A stretch of DNA of 64,000 nt, taken from the NCBI GenBank assembly GCA_011109175.1, contig RDEW01000036.1, positions 3,583-67,582 of the forward strand, in the 5' to 3' direction. Below the pieces are notes generated by a model. That model searched no databases, was not told where the DNA came from, and saw only the letters and a list, made by a program, of their open reading frames with translations. The position numbers and the translations under genes were made by a program. Shown one piece after another: positions 1 to 12,039 of the stretch. The stretch is from Dicyema japonicum. Taxonomy: Eukaryota > Animalia > Dicyemida. How positions within the stretch are numbered: position 1 is the stretch's first letter; the number at the start of each line of letters is the position of its first letter.

Positions 1-365
1 ATTTGAAATTACAAGGCAAAAACAAACCAATCACTAACTTGTAGGACGACATCAAATGTTTCATTACAATTCCAATTTTCATCACCTTTCACCTCTGATT
101 TTGTCAAAACAGATGAAAACTTGCAGATGGAACTATTAGATTCTACACTCAGAGGGAAATACCTAGGATTGGGGATACCTGGTTTCTATTCATACCTTCC
201 TGAAAAGTTTAAAAACTTTAGAAAGTTTTGAATATAATGCTGATAATGTTCGGTTCCACCTATGTGTGAACATTTGTTTTCCATGAAACAAGGCTGACTG
301 ATGAACGTTTGTTATCCATCATCAAATTCGGAACTACTAACACATTTCAGCCAGATATACGAAAA
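1..365 (+). mobile_element. hAT (SPIN/Buster/GTF2IRD2-like) transposase C-terminal remnant
   Basis: Frameshifted translation gives LKLQGKNKPITNL, MELLD, MFGSTYVCEHLFSMK and RLTDERLLSIIK, matching the hAT dimerisation-domain pattern. Stops and frameshifts are present. Confidence 0.7.
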
Positions 366-639
366 GTTTTCATGAAAAGAGGCATAGGACAAAAAAAACT
401 AAATTGATAATTTTAAAAAAATGATTAAAATTGTTATATTTAACGCTGTGTAGCGATAGCGTAATATAGCCGTTGTAGTAGGCTCGCAAATTATTAAATA
501 TACTTCAATAAGATAGCGCTGTTTTCAGATTTGTTAGTGCGGCCCGCTTTATACTCAAACTATCTTATGCAGCCCCTGGAGCCTTGTGAGTTTGATATGC
601 CTGTCTCAGACCATCACATAAAATTGTATCACTGGAGAA

Positions 640-830
640 AATTCTTTGCTTCTGTCGGACACATTTGTAATGTTCTTTTCGACAACTCTGTTTGGAAACA
701 AGCTATGCTTCCCATAAGATTTGGTGGTCTTGTCGCTCTTATGTGGATATTTCTGTTCTGACTCTCCTTTCGTCTTTCGTTGTTTCAAATTTTATGTTCA
801 GAAAGATCCAACATCTCTTTCTAGAATTTT
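640..830 (+). mobile_element. CRE-clade non-LTR retrotransposon remnant
   Basis: WKQAMLPIRFGGL is the post-RT motif of CRE-like elements (cf. WKQATLSVRFGNLGIRR at about 13690). Confidence 0.55.
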
Positions 831-1468
831 CAACTGACTCATACGTCGTTCATCCAAAATGGTGGAATTTTCGTCCAACGATGCAACCCCATTTTGGCAT
901 ATGGTTGGCTCGAATTAACTGAGATATTCTGAATTGAAGAAACACGGAAAAAATGCAGTCAAGGTCTCGCATCCGATTCTCTTTAATGCATTTTGCTTAC
1001 TGATCAGTGCCAGGACGTTTATGATAGCCTCAGATTGAAACTTCTATACGAAGACAAATGGATGAAGAGCTAATCGGCTTCCAAGATTATTTAGGTCAGC
1101 CATTTACCTCCTTTTACAGCGAAATCTGATAGCAGGCATCTGCGTAAGTGATGGAACTAATCCAGTAAGGATATGAGTAATTTTTAAATTGCGATGAAAA
1201 CCGAGGAGCGCAAAAAGATCCTTTAAGCCTTATTACTACCAGGTTTTAGTCACTCGAGAAATCATACCGGACACTTACAAAAGATATCCCCCGAACAGGG
1301 GAAACTTACAGAAAAGTTTTGGACTTCTTGATACTTGCGTATTAATTTTCTTCAAAATAATAGTAATTCTCGTTTTAATATTCGTTTTGATTTTCAATAA
1401 AATCTTGGGTCCATTAAGCAGTCGAAAACAGTTTATCGTACTATTTAGCTTTGCCCATGCTTGATAAT

Positions 1469-1540
1469 TGTGTGTCCTGCCTATGCAGAGCTATAAATAT
1501 AATGGCTCTCGTGAAAAGGCCGTTATTATTATTTATTATT
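1469..1540 (+). repeat. SINE family A 3' tail
   Basis: TGTGTCCTGCCTATGCAGAGCTATAAATATAATGGCTCTCGTGAAAAGGCCG(TTA)n is nearly identical to the tails at about 20280 and 49610. Confidence 0.8.
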
Positions 1541-1589
1541 CATGCTTGATAGGTATAAATTATAGCATCCTTGAGGCTTATTTTTTTAC

Positions 1590-2040
1590 ATGCCTCGGAA
1601 GATGATTTTCCGAGTTCTATTTTTTTCAATAATTTCAAGAAATTTGAATTTATTGAATAGCGTCTTTAATGTATTAATGACTCCTTGTCTTAATGAACTT
1701 GGAATCCATCCGTGCTTTTTTAAAATTATTCTAGGTTACAAAACTTTGGTAGCTAAAATTTTTAAAGCACCTAGGTTTTTTTGAATTTTCCAATTATGAA
1801 TGGTGTTAGTTTATCAGTGCCAATCATATTCGAAGAAATCATTATCGATATTCGAGCCTTCAAAAATTTCAAACGATCTTCTAGTGAGTCCTTTAACCCT
1901 TGACTAAATACTACAAAAATTACTCGATAACGGCAAACAAAATCGAAATGTTTAAGAATACCACATTCAAGTGGCATTATATATCTCCAGCTCTAATGAT
2001 TTCTGAATTGAGATAAAACAGGAACGTTAAGGGCAAAATC
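1590..2040 (-). mobile_element. pogo/Tigger-type DDE transposase remnant
   Basis: KARISIMISSNMIGTDKLTPFIIGKFKKPRCFKN matches the Tigger/CENP-B DDE_1 pattern (KxRxTxxxxxNxxGxxKLxPxxIGKxxxPRCFK). Degenerate. Confidence 0.7.
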
Positions 2041-2089
2041 CAAATTACTGTTTTCTCACGTAATTTTGTTTTTTGACGGATTTTTAAAT

Positions 2090-2420
2090 ATGATCCGTTT
2101 CATATCGTCGATAGGGAAAAATTACGATTATCGGACGTTTGTTTCTCCAGTTTTATGAACATCCGAATTAATTTTCTAGCTTTCTGGAAATTTACAAATC
2201 TCAAATTGCGTCGAATTAGGTTTTCCAATACCTTTATTATCAGCTTCATCCTCACATGATCACTGATTATTTTGATAGGTATTCTCCCCGTTGTGACATC
2301 ATACCTTGATTTTTGTAAGCAGGCTTTCAATGTCTAGATTTTGATGCCCATTTCCGTTTGCAATGATCACTTTCTAAACCTCAGTATCGATTAGAACGAT
2401 CTGTAAAATACCCTTGTCAC
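2090..2420 (-). mobile_element. APE-type LINE fragment (pre-RT region)
   Basis: KLIRMFIKLEKQTSDNRNFSLSTI resembles the LINE motif KIIPIxKPGKxPxxYRPISLLS. Confidence 0.4.
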
Positions 2421-2499
2421 TATTATTGTGGCACGACTTTGAGACCCTCGGTAGCGTCAATAGTTTCGGTACATCATTTAAACGGTCACTGTCTTTTAA

Positions 2500-2620
2500 T
2501 TTAATTTATTAACCCCGGATACACTGAGAAAGAAGTTAAAGTAAACAACTAATTAAGTGTATCCAGTTTCCACTTCTACAGAAACAGAGTCCATCCGGAA
2601 TTATCATAAAANGGACATCG
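2500..2620 (-). repeat. SINE-like family C, 3' half
   Basis: Reverse complement is near identical to 9400-9500 and ends in GGGGTTAATAAA. Confidence 0.8.
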
Positions 2621-2627
2621 AGATTTG

Positions 2628-3390
2628 CTACTGAGTCTGTTCAGACACTAAGGCAAACAGTCGAGTCACTACTGAATTTGCGTTTTGACGAACTGGGCTT
2701 AACACAATGGAAACTTCCTTCAAGTCTAGGAAAAGTTGGCCTAAGATCGACTTTAGAGATCGCCCATCCAGCATACCTATCGTCGCTTTCGAGCAACAGT
2801 CATCTCGTCCGGGAAATCCTACGTTTATCCTGCTGGACTTTTCTTGGACACAGTATTTAACGAAGCTTGCTTCCATTGGAGAAGCAGAATTTCCAATCCC
2901 AGAAGATTCCTCGAATCAGAACAAATGGAACGCAATTTCCTGCAATGCTATAGTTGATAGCCTAAAGCAAAAATCGAACCAACAGTGGCTTGCCTGTTTA
3001 CTATCTGCTGCACAACATGGAAGTGGTGCATCGCTTCACGCATTTCCATGCACTGCTTTCGGAAGTTTTATGGACGATGACTGTGTGAGAATCGGAATAG
3101 CACAACGATTGAGATTTGACGTCTGCCAGAAACACAGATGCCGTTGTGGAGGAACAGTTGACAACAAAGGATTAAATCCATTGTCTTGTAAAAAGAGTGC
3201 AGGTCGCTCACCTCGTCACACCGCATTGAATTTATCTGTGAACCCTCGAGGCAGCAGGTTTCCCAGCTCAACTGGAGCTTGTCGGAATGGATCGTGGAGA
3301 TGGCAAGAGGTCAGACGGAATGACGCTTTTTCCATATTCACATGGAAAATCATCGGTCTGGGATGTAACCTATATGGATTTTGTTGTGTG
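2628..3390 (+). mobile_element. CRE-clade retrotransposon 3' region (zinc finger plus restriction-like endonuclease)
   Basis: ORF 2707-3393 has CRCGGTVDNKGLNPLSCKKSAGRSPRHTALN; the shifted frame has DRGDGKRSDGMTLFPYSHGK..WDVT. Confidence 0.85.
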
Positions 3391-3465
3391 TGAGACCTTG
3401 TAGTCATTTGGTTCTGCAATGAAGTATTCACCGATGACGGCGTCACTCATCAAACCAAGACAAAA
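3385..3465 (-). repeat. SINE family A internal fragment
   Basis: Reverse complement GGTTTGATGAGTGACGCCGTCATCGGTGAATAC matches 20128-20160. Confidence 0.7.
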
Positions 3466-3537
3466 TTACTTTAAAAAATAAATCAATAAAGGTCAAAAAA
3501 ATAAGTTAAATATTATTAATTAAAAATCTCAGTAAAA

Positions 3538-6500
3538 ATCAGATATCAAATATACATATTTGACTCTTTTCAGGCATAGTTGAGTCCGCAGTTGTTAGAT
3601 TATCGAGTTCCCAAGCATAGAGTACAACATTGTCCTAATCATTAAATTACTCGAGTATACGAATTTTATGTATCTGTTAGCATCAGTGCTCATATTTTTA
3701 ATGGAATCGTATAAATTTTTAAAGGTCGGTCTTTGGTCCGCGTGTAATTGCCAGCCTGGAGAATTATTGAAAATTACATTTTTGAAGAATCATGTAAATG
3801 TCGATGGAGGAGGAAGGCGGCTGTGGGAGACGTTTTCCGGAAAAAAGAAAATTCTTAATTTGACAGTTTTGTAAATCTCCGTAGGGGGTCCTTCCATACG
3901 TTAGTATCTCCCAGAAAGTAACCCCAAAACTCCAAACGTCTGATTTATGAGAGTGGCGAGAATACTCGAGACATTCTGGAGCGATCCATCGGATTGAAAA
4001 CTACAGCTAATGTCCCCAACTAACATTTGGTCCTTTTCTATAAAAATATTTTGAGTCAATCATGTTTGCGAGACCAAAGTCGGCGATTTTAGCATCGTTT
4101 AGTTCATCGACTATGCCATTTACCAGAAATTCTACTTAGTATATTCCTAGCGGATAGATCACAGTGAATCACTCCGATCCTTTCCAGATATTCCATTCCC
4201 TTTAAATTGTCAAAATGACTCACATCAGCTATTTGGTAGGCCCATTTGAGCATCTTCCTTGGATTCAAAGTCTTTTTCTTTCCAAATACATTGTCAAGGA
4301 GACTTCCCTTCAAGCACAACTCCATGATTAGCTTTATATTCTGGGTCATACAAATTCCAATCAATTTGACGCAGTGTTTATGGTCGCATGAGGCCATAAC
4401 CTTTATTTCACTTTCGAAATTAGCCATTTCTTCCATTTTGCTGTTCAATTCTTTTACAGCCACGTATTTCGTCTTCCATCCGTAGTTTCGAGAAAGTTTA
4501 CCCTGTTTTATAAATTATGTAAAATTTACTATGTAAACCGTTCCGAATGATCCTCTCCCAATTTGAGACTGTAGCTTTATCCTATGTAGGTCAAAAGTTC
4601 GCACAAACGCCATATTTGGTGGAATTCCACTCTCACACAAAAACTAACTAAAATATCATTTCTTACACTTTTTGATTCCTCTAAAGACTTTTTCTGAATT
4701 TCTTTATTATGTAGGGGGTAAAAACAAGAAAGCTAATCATTAAGGAGACAGTAATTGTGGAAATAATTCTAAGATTGTCGTTTTAATGATAACCTCAATT
4801 CTGTTGCCGATTTGTTGAAATATATGCACTTTTTGAACCTCCTGCTGCCAAAATAATTCACAGGGCATTCATCCAAACAGATTTTCTGGGAAAAATACAT
4901 TTCCTTACTGTTTTAAGTTTCTCGTTTAATGAAGAAAATTCAAAGTTTTTGCAAACAGTGCAATCCGTGTTTTTCGGACCGTCACATTCAAGACATTCCT
5001 CGTCGCATTTTTTATAAACCTAATCTCTTAAGATTTTATAAAAACAATTCTGTTGTTTATCTTTTCTGAATAATAGTTGAGTTGTGCCGTTTGGTTAGAT
5101 CTGAGGCATCTGATAGCTTTATCCTCGTGCAGTTCGCTATATAAGCATTCAGCGCATCCACTCGGTCCCTTGAACTCTGTCGGACCCTGACATACTATCC
5201 TCGGGTCCTTAAAGGATGGAGCACATAGATCGTGACATTTCAAACATTGTTTTTCAGTAAGAAAATGTTTATAAGGACATTCTCCAACACAAACTCCGTT
5301 CACCACAGCGACCTTACAGTTTACGCAATCACCATCATTCTATGATACTGAAATACAGTTTACTGGTCCATAACAACCTCCACTACAGTATTTACTGCAG
5401 TGATAACAGTTTTTTCCAGCTTTATAGTATTCTGTCCCACATTTATTAACACAAATTTGCCTCCCCTTTTCTCGGATTGCAAAATTTCTACAATTAACGC
5501 AACGTAAGTTTCCCGGTCCCATACAACCAAGACACTCGTGGTGACATATTTTGTTCAGTTTTTCTATTAGATTAACATTGGGGGAATAAACCACAAATAG
5601 AGTGATTGTAGTTTGAGTATATTTTAAATGAAGGATTGACCCACCTGTTGAGATATTTCTGGTCGTAATAGCAAAGTGAGTTGTTTCTTGAATAAATTTC
5701 AACATTTCCGTTTAATACTTTCATGTTTACGTTTCCAATAAAGTAGTCATATCCATAAAAAATAACAGAGAGATTTATACTAGCAGGAATTCTATAAACG
5801 AGTCAGTTATCCAAATACACTTTTTTGCCTCTCACAGTCAGGTGAGGTGGAAAGAATTCAAGCGAGGTTAAGTATTTTGCCAAAATAACTATCAAGAATC
5901 CAGAAATTGTGGTTATTTTCTTAAAGTTCATCACCTCCAAGTCCGTAATCGCCCCAGAAGACACTCTATGTGTCAATTCAATCATCACTCGTTAAAGAAT
6001 AATTCTGTAATTACAAGGTTTCCGTAGATTATCGTGCAATTTACAATTTTTCTTATGCTTTTTTTATCCAAGATCACAGTCCCTTCGATCTTTTCAAAGT
6101 TACATTCTAGTGATAGAAGCATTTATTACTTTTTTGGCAATCTAGGGACACACACGGACGACAGAAATTCCCAATTCCTTCGTACCCCTCTCCGCACTCG
6201 TACAGACACATTCCACTCCTCGGATCGTGAAAGTATGGGACTTAATTTACTTTATTAAACAAACCTGGACAGTTTTTAACACATCTGGTATCAATAATGT
6301 AATAGCCGTTTTTGTTGTCAACCAATTTCCCTTCCTTGTCTATAACACTCACTCGGGGACAGCCCATTAGACAAATGTTGTCCAGTTCGTAGTTCTTGCA
6401 TGACTAAAATGATGGCAAAAATTGAACATTGCAGTCCTCGTTGGTTTGGCCAGAACATCCACCCAAACATTGATCGTGGCAACATTCCAAAGGACTAGGT

Positions 6501-7196
6501 CCAAAGCACCGATTTTTGCAGTTTTTGTGGCAAATGAGTTTAGAGACTAAACTCAGCTTAGAAAATACATGTCTGACAGTCATTATGACTCCAACAACGT
6601 CTTTCAGAGTTCATAACTCGACACTTATCACTGCAATCAGCATAAGGAATGTTTCCTTTATTAAATATTAATATTTGATTTGGAAGTCTTAATATTTCAT
6701 TGAAAAGTATGTTTGGGTAGTACATCAGTCCTGAAATGTCAATCATAACGTTTCCTCTTGAAATCTCTGAATTATTTCATTAAACAAACCCACAAGATTC
6801 GGAAGCTTAAATTCGCTGAGATTTGTTGCAAAGACATATACAGAATTCCTGAAATAGAGATGTTTCCCTTGGATCACCATAAGATTGGGAAGGCTAAAAC
6901 TGTCTCCCCGAATTTTATTCAGCAGCAAATAGTCTCTAATCTATGATTATGTAGTAATTAAACCTTTGTGATGTTTGACAAGAATTCCAGATTGTAGTCA
7001 TCATTTAAAATAAGATTAGATAATTCGAGAGGTCCGTTTATTTCTGTACAGCCAGAGTACATGTTCTTGTATATGACGTACTGCTCCTTCGGGTTACCGA
7101 AAATGGTCCTTCCAAAGGTTTCGCTGTCACAGACTTTGTCATTTAAAGCCTCATACCTTTTAAGCTTACAAACTTTATCATTACTAGAATAAACAT
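3538..7196 (-). CDS. EGFR: EGFR/ErbB (let-23-like) receptor tyrosine kinase, multi-exon, with an apparent frameshift after the TM helix
   Basis: Spliced translation: short hydrophobic leader MFILVMIKFVSLK; L domain (VCDSE...MYSGCTEINGPLELSNL); furin-like Cys-rich repeats; second L domain; second Cys-rich region; TM IISTITVSLMISFLVFTPYII-KKFRK; kinase GRGSFGTVY, VAVKE, HCDLSARN, DFGLA, IRWIAPE, SDVWSFGV. Introns are mostly 22-26 nt. The 3' end position is approximate. Confidence 0.9.
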
Positions 7197-7419
7197 TTGA
7201 TAGATGCTACGCGAAAAGTTTATATTGATTTATACTTGCGAAAATTGCTAGAATTCTTTTTTCGATATAATTTCAACAAGTAAATAATTCCTTGACCATG
7301 TACCTTCCAAAAGATTGTTATTGAGACATCCGGAACGATTAGCAGCAAGTCTCTGATCTTCCTAGAGAAACTCGGACGATTTGCTTTGCTCAGAAGCCAT
7401 GATGACCGCGAAACGCGAT

Positions 7420-7850
7420 GGCTCATACAGTTGGTCTTCATATGTTATGTTGTGTTGTCCAATTAAGTCGTGTCCGACCCTTGGAGATCTCATGAACAAG
7501 TTTCCTCCACTCTCCCCGATCCGTTGCAATTTGGAGTAGCCTTGATGTAGGTATTCCCATGACGTCTTCCATCGTGGATAGCCACCGAGTCCTCGGTCGG
7601 CCAGGTCTTCTCTTCCCAGTAATATTGCTCAGCATAACGGTTCTTTCCAGTGAATCAAAGCGGACAACATGCCCAAAGAACGCCAATATGTGTTTTACAA
7701 TTCTTCCTTCTAGCGAAATGTCAGTCTCTACCCGTTTGAGTACATCGATGTATTTTATTTTGCAAGTCCAAGGGATTCTTAGTAACCTCCTCCAGCACCA
7801 CAGCTCAAAAGCATCAATTTTTCGTTGGTCTTCATAGCGATCCTAAAGAT
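7420..7850 (-). mobile_element. RTE-clade LINE 3' fragment
   Basis: RKIDAFELWCWRRLLRIPW, FFGHVVR, GKRRPGRPRTRW, DRGEWRKLV. Close copy at 48940-49240. Confidence 0.9.
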
Positions 7851-8339
7851 AAACGTCGCATCAATAAGTCGGCAGGAATTGCAAAATTACTTTCTAAAAT
7901 AACCCATTTTCTTGTTTAAATTGCCTATTTCAACAATCTGAGAGGTTTTGCCAATAAATTCAGACTGATTTGGAAACTTGTAGACATTTTTTCTTTTACA
8001 GTGACATGAAACATAATGAAATTAATAAAGTATGAATTTAATAAGTTTAACTAATTCTGTGGTTTAGTCTCAAAGGATCAGATTGAATGTTAACAGATTT
8101 GATAGAAGATTTACTCTCGATGGAGGATAGCACGAGAGGTACATTAGATTTTTTGGAAGTCGAATACAAGGAGGGAGTGAATCATGATCAACTTGTCCAA
8201 TCCTAATATACATTTATTTAATATTAGAATTAATTTTTTTAATTGAAAATCTATTTGGTCTAAATATTTTTGTTAAAAATTGTTTTGAGCACTGTATATA
8301 AACAATTCGTTTGAGACCTGAAAATCTGGATTGCTAATT

Positions 8340-9220
8340 TCCTAAGTGGAATAAGAGGAAGAGCGACTGCTGGAAAAACTAGGTCAGTGACCAAGTTCCT
8401 TCCAAATGGGGTCCCTCAAGGATCTCCACTATCACCACACCTGTTCAATCTATTCCTAAATGATATGCCCTCCCTTACCAATGACGATACTGTGGTTCTG
8501 ACATATGCGGATGATATAATCGTCGCAGTCAAAGACCAGTGCGTTAATACTGCTGTATACCGGCTACAGCTTCATTGGACGATCTGAACTGCTGGATCGT
8601 TAAGAACATTCTACATACAAGTCCCGAAAAGTCTTATACAACAATTTTTACAACAAACAGAAGATTGACAAACTCCGCTCCATGTGTAACCATAAATGGA
8701 ACTTAATTCCCACGACCAACTCGGTCAAGATACTGGGCGTAACATACGACCCACTCTTCAGCAAACACATCGACAATGTCATCTATTCGGCACAACAAAA
8801 GCTAAATTTTGTTAAAACACTCTTTGGACAATATAATGGGTGTTTCAACTCAAATTTGGACTCGCTCTACGTGCAGTATATTCAACCGTCTTTAACTTAT
8901 GGATGTGCTGCATGGAGAATAAAACTATCAAACACGACTATGGAAAAAATTAATACATTCCAAAAAATGGTCAGTAAGGCTCTGCAAAGGTTTTCCCAGA
9001 CACCACTAAACCCTACACCTTTTGAGGAATTAGTAAGGAAAACCGGAGCCTTACTACCACCACAAAAAGTAAGAAACTCACGCCCAATCAGGAAATGCGT
9101 TGGAACCCGGGAGGAACACCAAGCAAGAATGAGATGGCTATTCGAGGCGGCCGGAATCACCTGACGGCTTTTAGTTATTTAGTTTGTCGGTGATTTTTGG
9201 TTTTTAATAATAATAATAAT
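8340..9220 (+). mobile_element. APE-type LINE (I/Jockey group, GIT-stop family): RT and 3' end
   Basis: GVPQGSPLSPHLFNLF, LTYADD, VKILGVTYD; ends RMRWLFEAAGIT-stop followed by a (TAA)n tail. Confidence 0.85.
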
Positions 9221-9225
9221 TGAAC

Positions 9226-9508
9226 GAGCCGCGTGGCTAATTGTTTGAAATTTTCTGTTTGCTTGTCTGATCCTCCTCTCTCTTCCTATTAGAGTGGCGT
9301 GCCTGGCTGGGATGAAAAAGGATCATTCACTCTCCCCCACTCCACTGAAGGGGTTTCACAACTGCAAGTATGGACGTCTTTTACCCTTTATGTTGATTCC
9401 GGATGGACTCTGTTTCTGTAGAAGTGGAAACTGGATACACTTAATTAGTTGTTTACTTTAACTTCTTTCTCGATGTATCCGGGGTTAATAAATAAATTAA
9501 ATTAATTC
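9226..9508 (+). repeat. SINE-like family C, full copy with 7-bp target-site duplication
   Basis: ATTGAAC flanks both sides (9219-9225 and 9509-9515). Homologous to 19645-19920 and 2500-2620. A-box-like head GCCGCGTGGCTAA, no clear B box. Confidence 0.7.
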
Positions 9509-9539
9509 ATTGAACTATGCATCTCTTATGCATGTGGTA

Positions 9540-9835
9540 TATAAGGCCCAATCATCTCTTAAACGAATGTCTTGAAGATCGAGGCTAGCCGGATAAGAGC
9601 CTCCAAAATCACGGAACGCTGGATTTCTGGAGAGTTCCATTCACCATTGTCACTTGAAGCCTTGATACGAATGAACCATGAAACGCGCCGTCGTGACTCG
9701 AAGGTCCAGTCACTCGACCGATACGTGCTTGTGTGGGGTCGAGAGATGAAATGAGATGAGTTCCCTGCTAGTGCGTGCTGGGATCACGTGATTAGTTAGT
9801 TTGTGTAACCGTGGTCTCTGGTGCTATTATTATTA
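9540..9835 (+). mobile_element. GIT-stop LINE family 3' fragment
   Basis: IRACVGSRDE...AGIT-stop followed by a (TAT)n tail. Confidence 0.55.
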
Positions 9836-9889
9836 TCTGGAAAAGAATAAAACTTTGTGAGAACCTTACAAGATACCAAGTATTGTTCG

Positions 9890-10700
9890 GATATCTTCAA
9901 GAGTTTGGATATATAATTCTGGACCTGAAGACCCCTGCGAACTTAGCTATAAAAGACTATTTTGTTCTGGACGTTTCCATGGTCACCAAGGACAACCCTT
10001 CTGACTTTCCTCAACGAAAACCTTAAAGAAACCGGGAGACGCCTCTGAGTTGCGATTGCATTCAAAATTTCGTTGATGACTTCTTTAGCAACAATTCTAA
10101 CCATCGAAGGTGGGAACGAAACGAAAGCAATCTCCATGGTTGAGTACTTTCTCAATTTCTCCTGTTGAGCAGAGTTGTATTACGGTTGTGGAATGGTACA
10201 AAATACAAAACGCAAAGCGGTGAATGTGTTGCCGGATGTCAAATCACAAACGAGAGATCTTCCATGTAGAAATGAAAAAATGACTATCTTTTCCAGTCTT
10301 TTCCAATCTCCAAGGTCAAGTCCTTTGAGTTCCTTCTGAGAAAGAAAACCAGCAACTCCACTCCACGCTTGATAATCTCGTTAAGAGTGGTGTGTTTGAG
10401 GAACTTCTCAGCGCTCCTTCCACAGGAAAGAGTATGAATCCCTTTCGTGTCGACAATTCCTCAAAACGATATATGTGGTTTGTAGACGCCCAGTCCTATA
10501 CCCGAGCCAAATCCGATACGGATATTCTCGCTGTTGAACGTGGTTCCGACGCTCGTTGATGGATAAGTGTTTAGCCAAAATCAATCTCTATGCACGCTGT
10601 CGGGAGACTAGCGAAGCGGTGCTGATTTAGGCCTTCTACAGTTCCACGAGAGAATACTTTCTAATTTGACAGATCTCTGGGAGCGTACGCTTTTAATAAT
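9890..10700 (-). mobile_element. CRE-clade retrotransposon 3' region, degenerate
   Basis: IVDTKGIHTLSCGRSAEKFLKHTTLNEIIKR, a GKDWKR (DGKRPD-like) segment and KLRKY. Confidence 0.7.
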
Positions 10701-11529
10701 TACTTTTTTATTAGCCACTGGATTCCTTCACTTAAAGATATTGGAAATAAATAAATTGACCGTCGTCTATTGCTCACATCTGCAAACAATTCACCGGTAG
10801 TTGGTTTTCTACACAAAAAGTTGAATTTATCGAATTAGAAGCTTCCAAAAAGACTGTCTCTACTTTACACTCACCTATAGTTCAATGTTATAAACATATT
10901 TCTTTTACGGATTTTCTATAGGGAAAAAAACGAGTGTCACGAAAGAATATAAGTGAAACCCTACTCCATTTCAATAGGAAGAACTGATTTTCAAGAAGTC
11001 TTCGATAAAGACAGTTTTCTAGTAAAAATGGACATTATTTTCAAATTAAATAATTTAATTTTGTGGGTTCTAAGATTGTCTCTATTTGGTTTACAATAGA
11101 GAAGTTGATTCCTATAGTCACTGGATTGTAACGCTGCGTTTAAATCAGTGGATTCCTCGTAGTAGCCCCTACTAATGAATATTGAAATTACATCTTTGTG
11201 TCTTTCAATACAATAGCGTAGTCTCTAGATTGTAGCGTTCTGTTGTAGTCATATGATTCCACAATGACTATGCTAATAAATTCGTATTTGTGTTGAGTAT
11301 TTATTGTATTGAGCGGTTTCAGAATTTCCTGAACTTGGAACCTTTATGCTCAAACTTTCTGTTGTTGCTAAATTTTAATTTTTTAATTTTACAAGTACTC
11401 CTATTTTGTTGGGGGATGAATATGTTTTCAAATGTAAATATACTAAATAACCGACAACTATTGTATAAATTTACCATTTAGCCCCGAATAACAAAAATGT
11501 CATGATTATTGCGCGAGTCTTCATCACTT

Positions 11530-11965
11530 TTAACATTATTTTGCAAAACGCAACTAAAAGAAAATTATCTCCTCGTTGCTTCTGCAACACCGTGGACCAT
11601 CTTCCATGTTAGATTCTTCCACGCTCTCCTTGAGAAGGCTATTTTTCGAAGTACATCTAGGTCGTCTTCAGTTTCGAGTTACTCATTTATTGCTAACCCA
11701 TATATGCATTATGCAAACCCTGTCACTGATTTTCCAATACTTTTCTATTGTAATGCTTTGATGCATCGCAAACCCCATTCCATAATGCTTACAGTCCGTT
11801 CTCAAAACAAAAATCTGTATTCCTCAGTCTTCATCAAGTTCGGCGGATACTTTAGTTTCATGAAGGCATGCAACAGCCACTTCGTAATACTGTAAATCTT
11901 TGCAAACTGAATTTTTCGAACTGATTCCTCTTACATTAAAAGACATTAAGCTGACATTCTTTCTT
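11530..11965 (-). mobile_element. Internally deleted (bipartite) RTE derivative
   Basis: APE N-terminus FNVRG...DLQYYEVAVACLHETK...KHYGMGFA joined directly to the RTE C-terminus EDDLDVLRKIAFSRRAWKNLT. Confidence 0.7.
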
Positions 11966-12039
11966 CCACAGTGTTTTTGAGACATTACGAGAACTAAGAC
12001 TAGAGAGGGATGTCAAAATCTCAACCAAAATACTGCTTA

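Noticed and set aside
9943-10155. ORF resembling a small host protein (MRKYSTMEIAF...)
   Set aside because: It is the degenerate 3' end of a CRE element continuous with the zinc finger and endonuclease motifs upstream.
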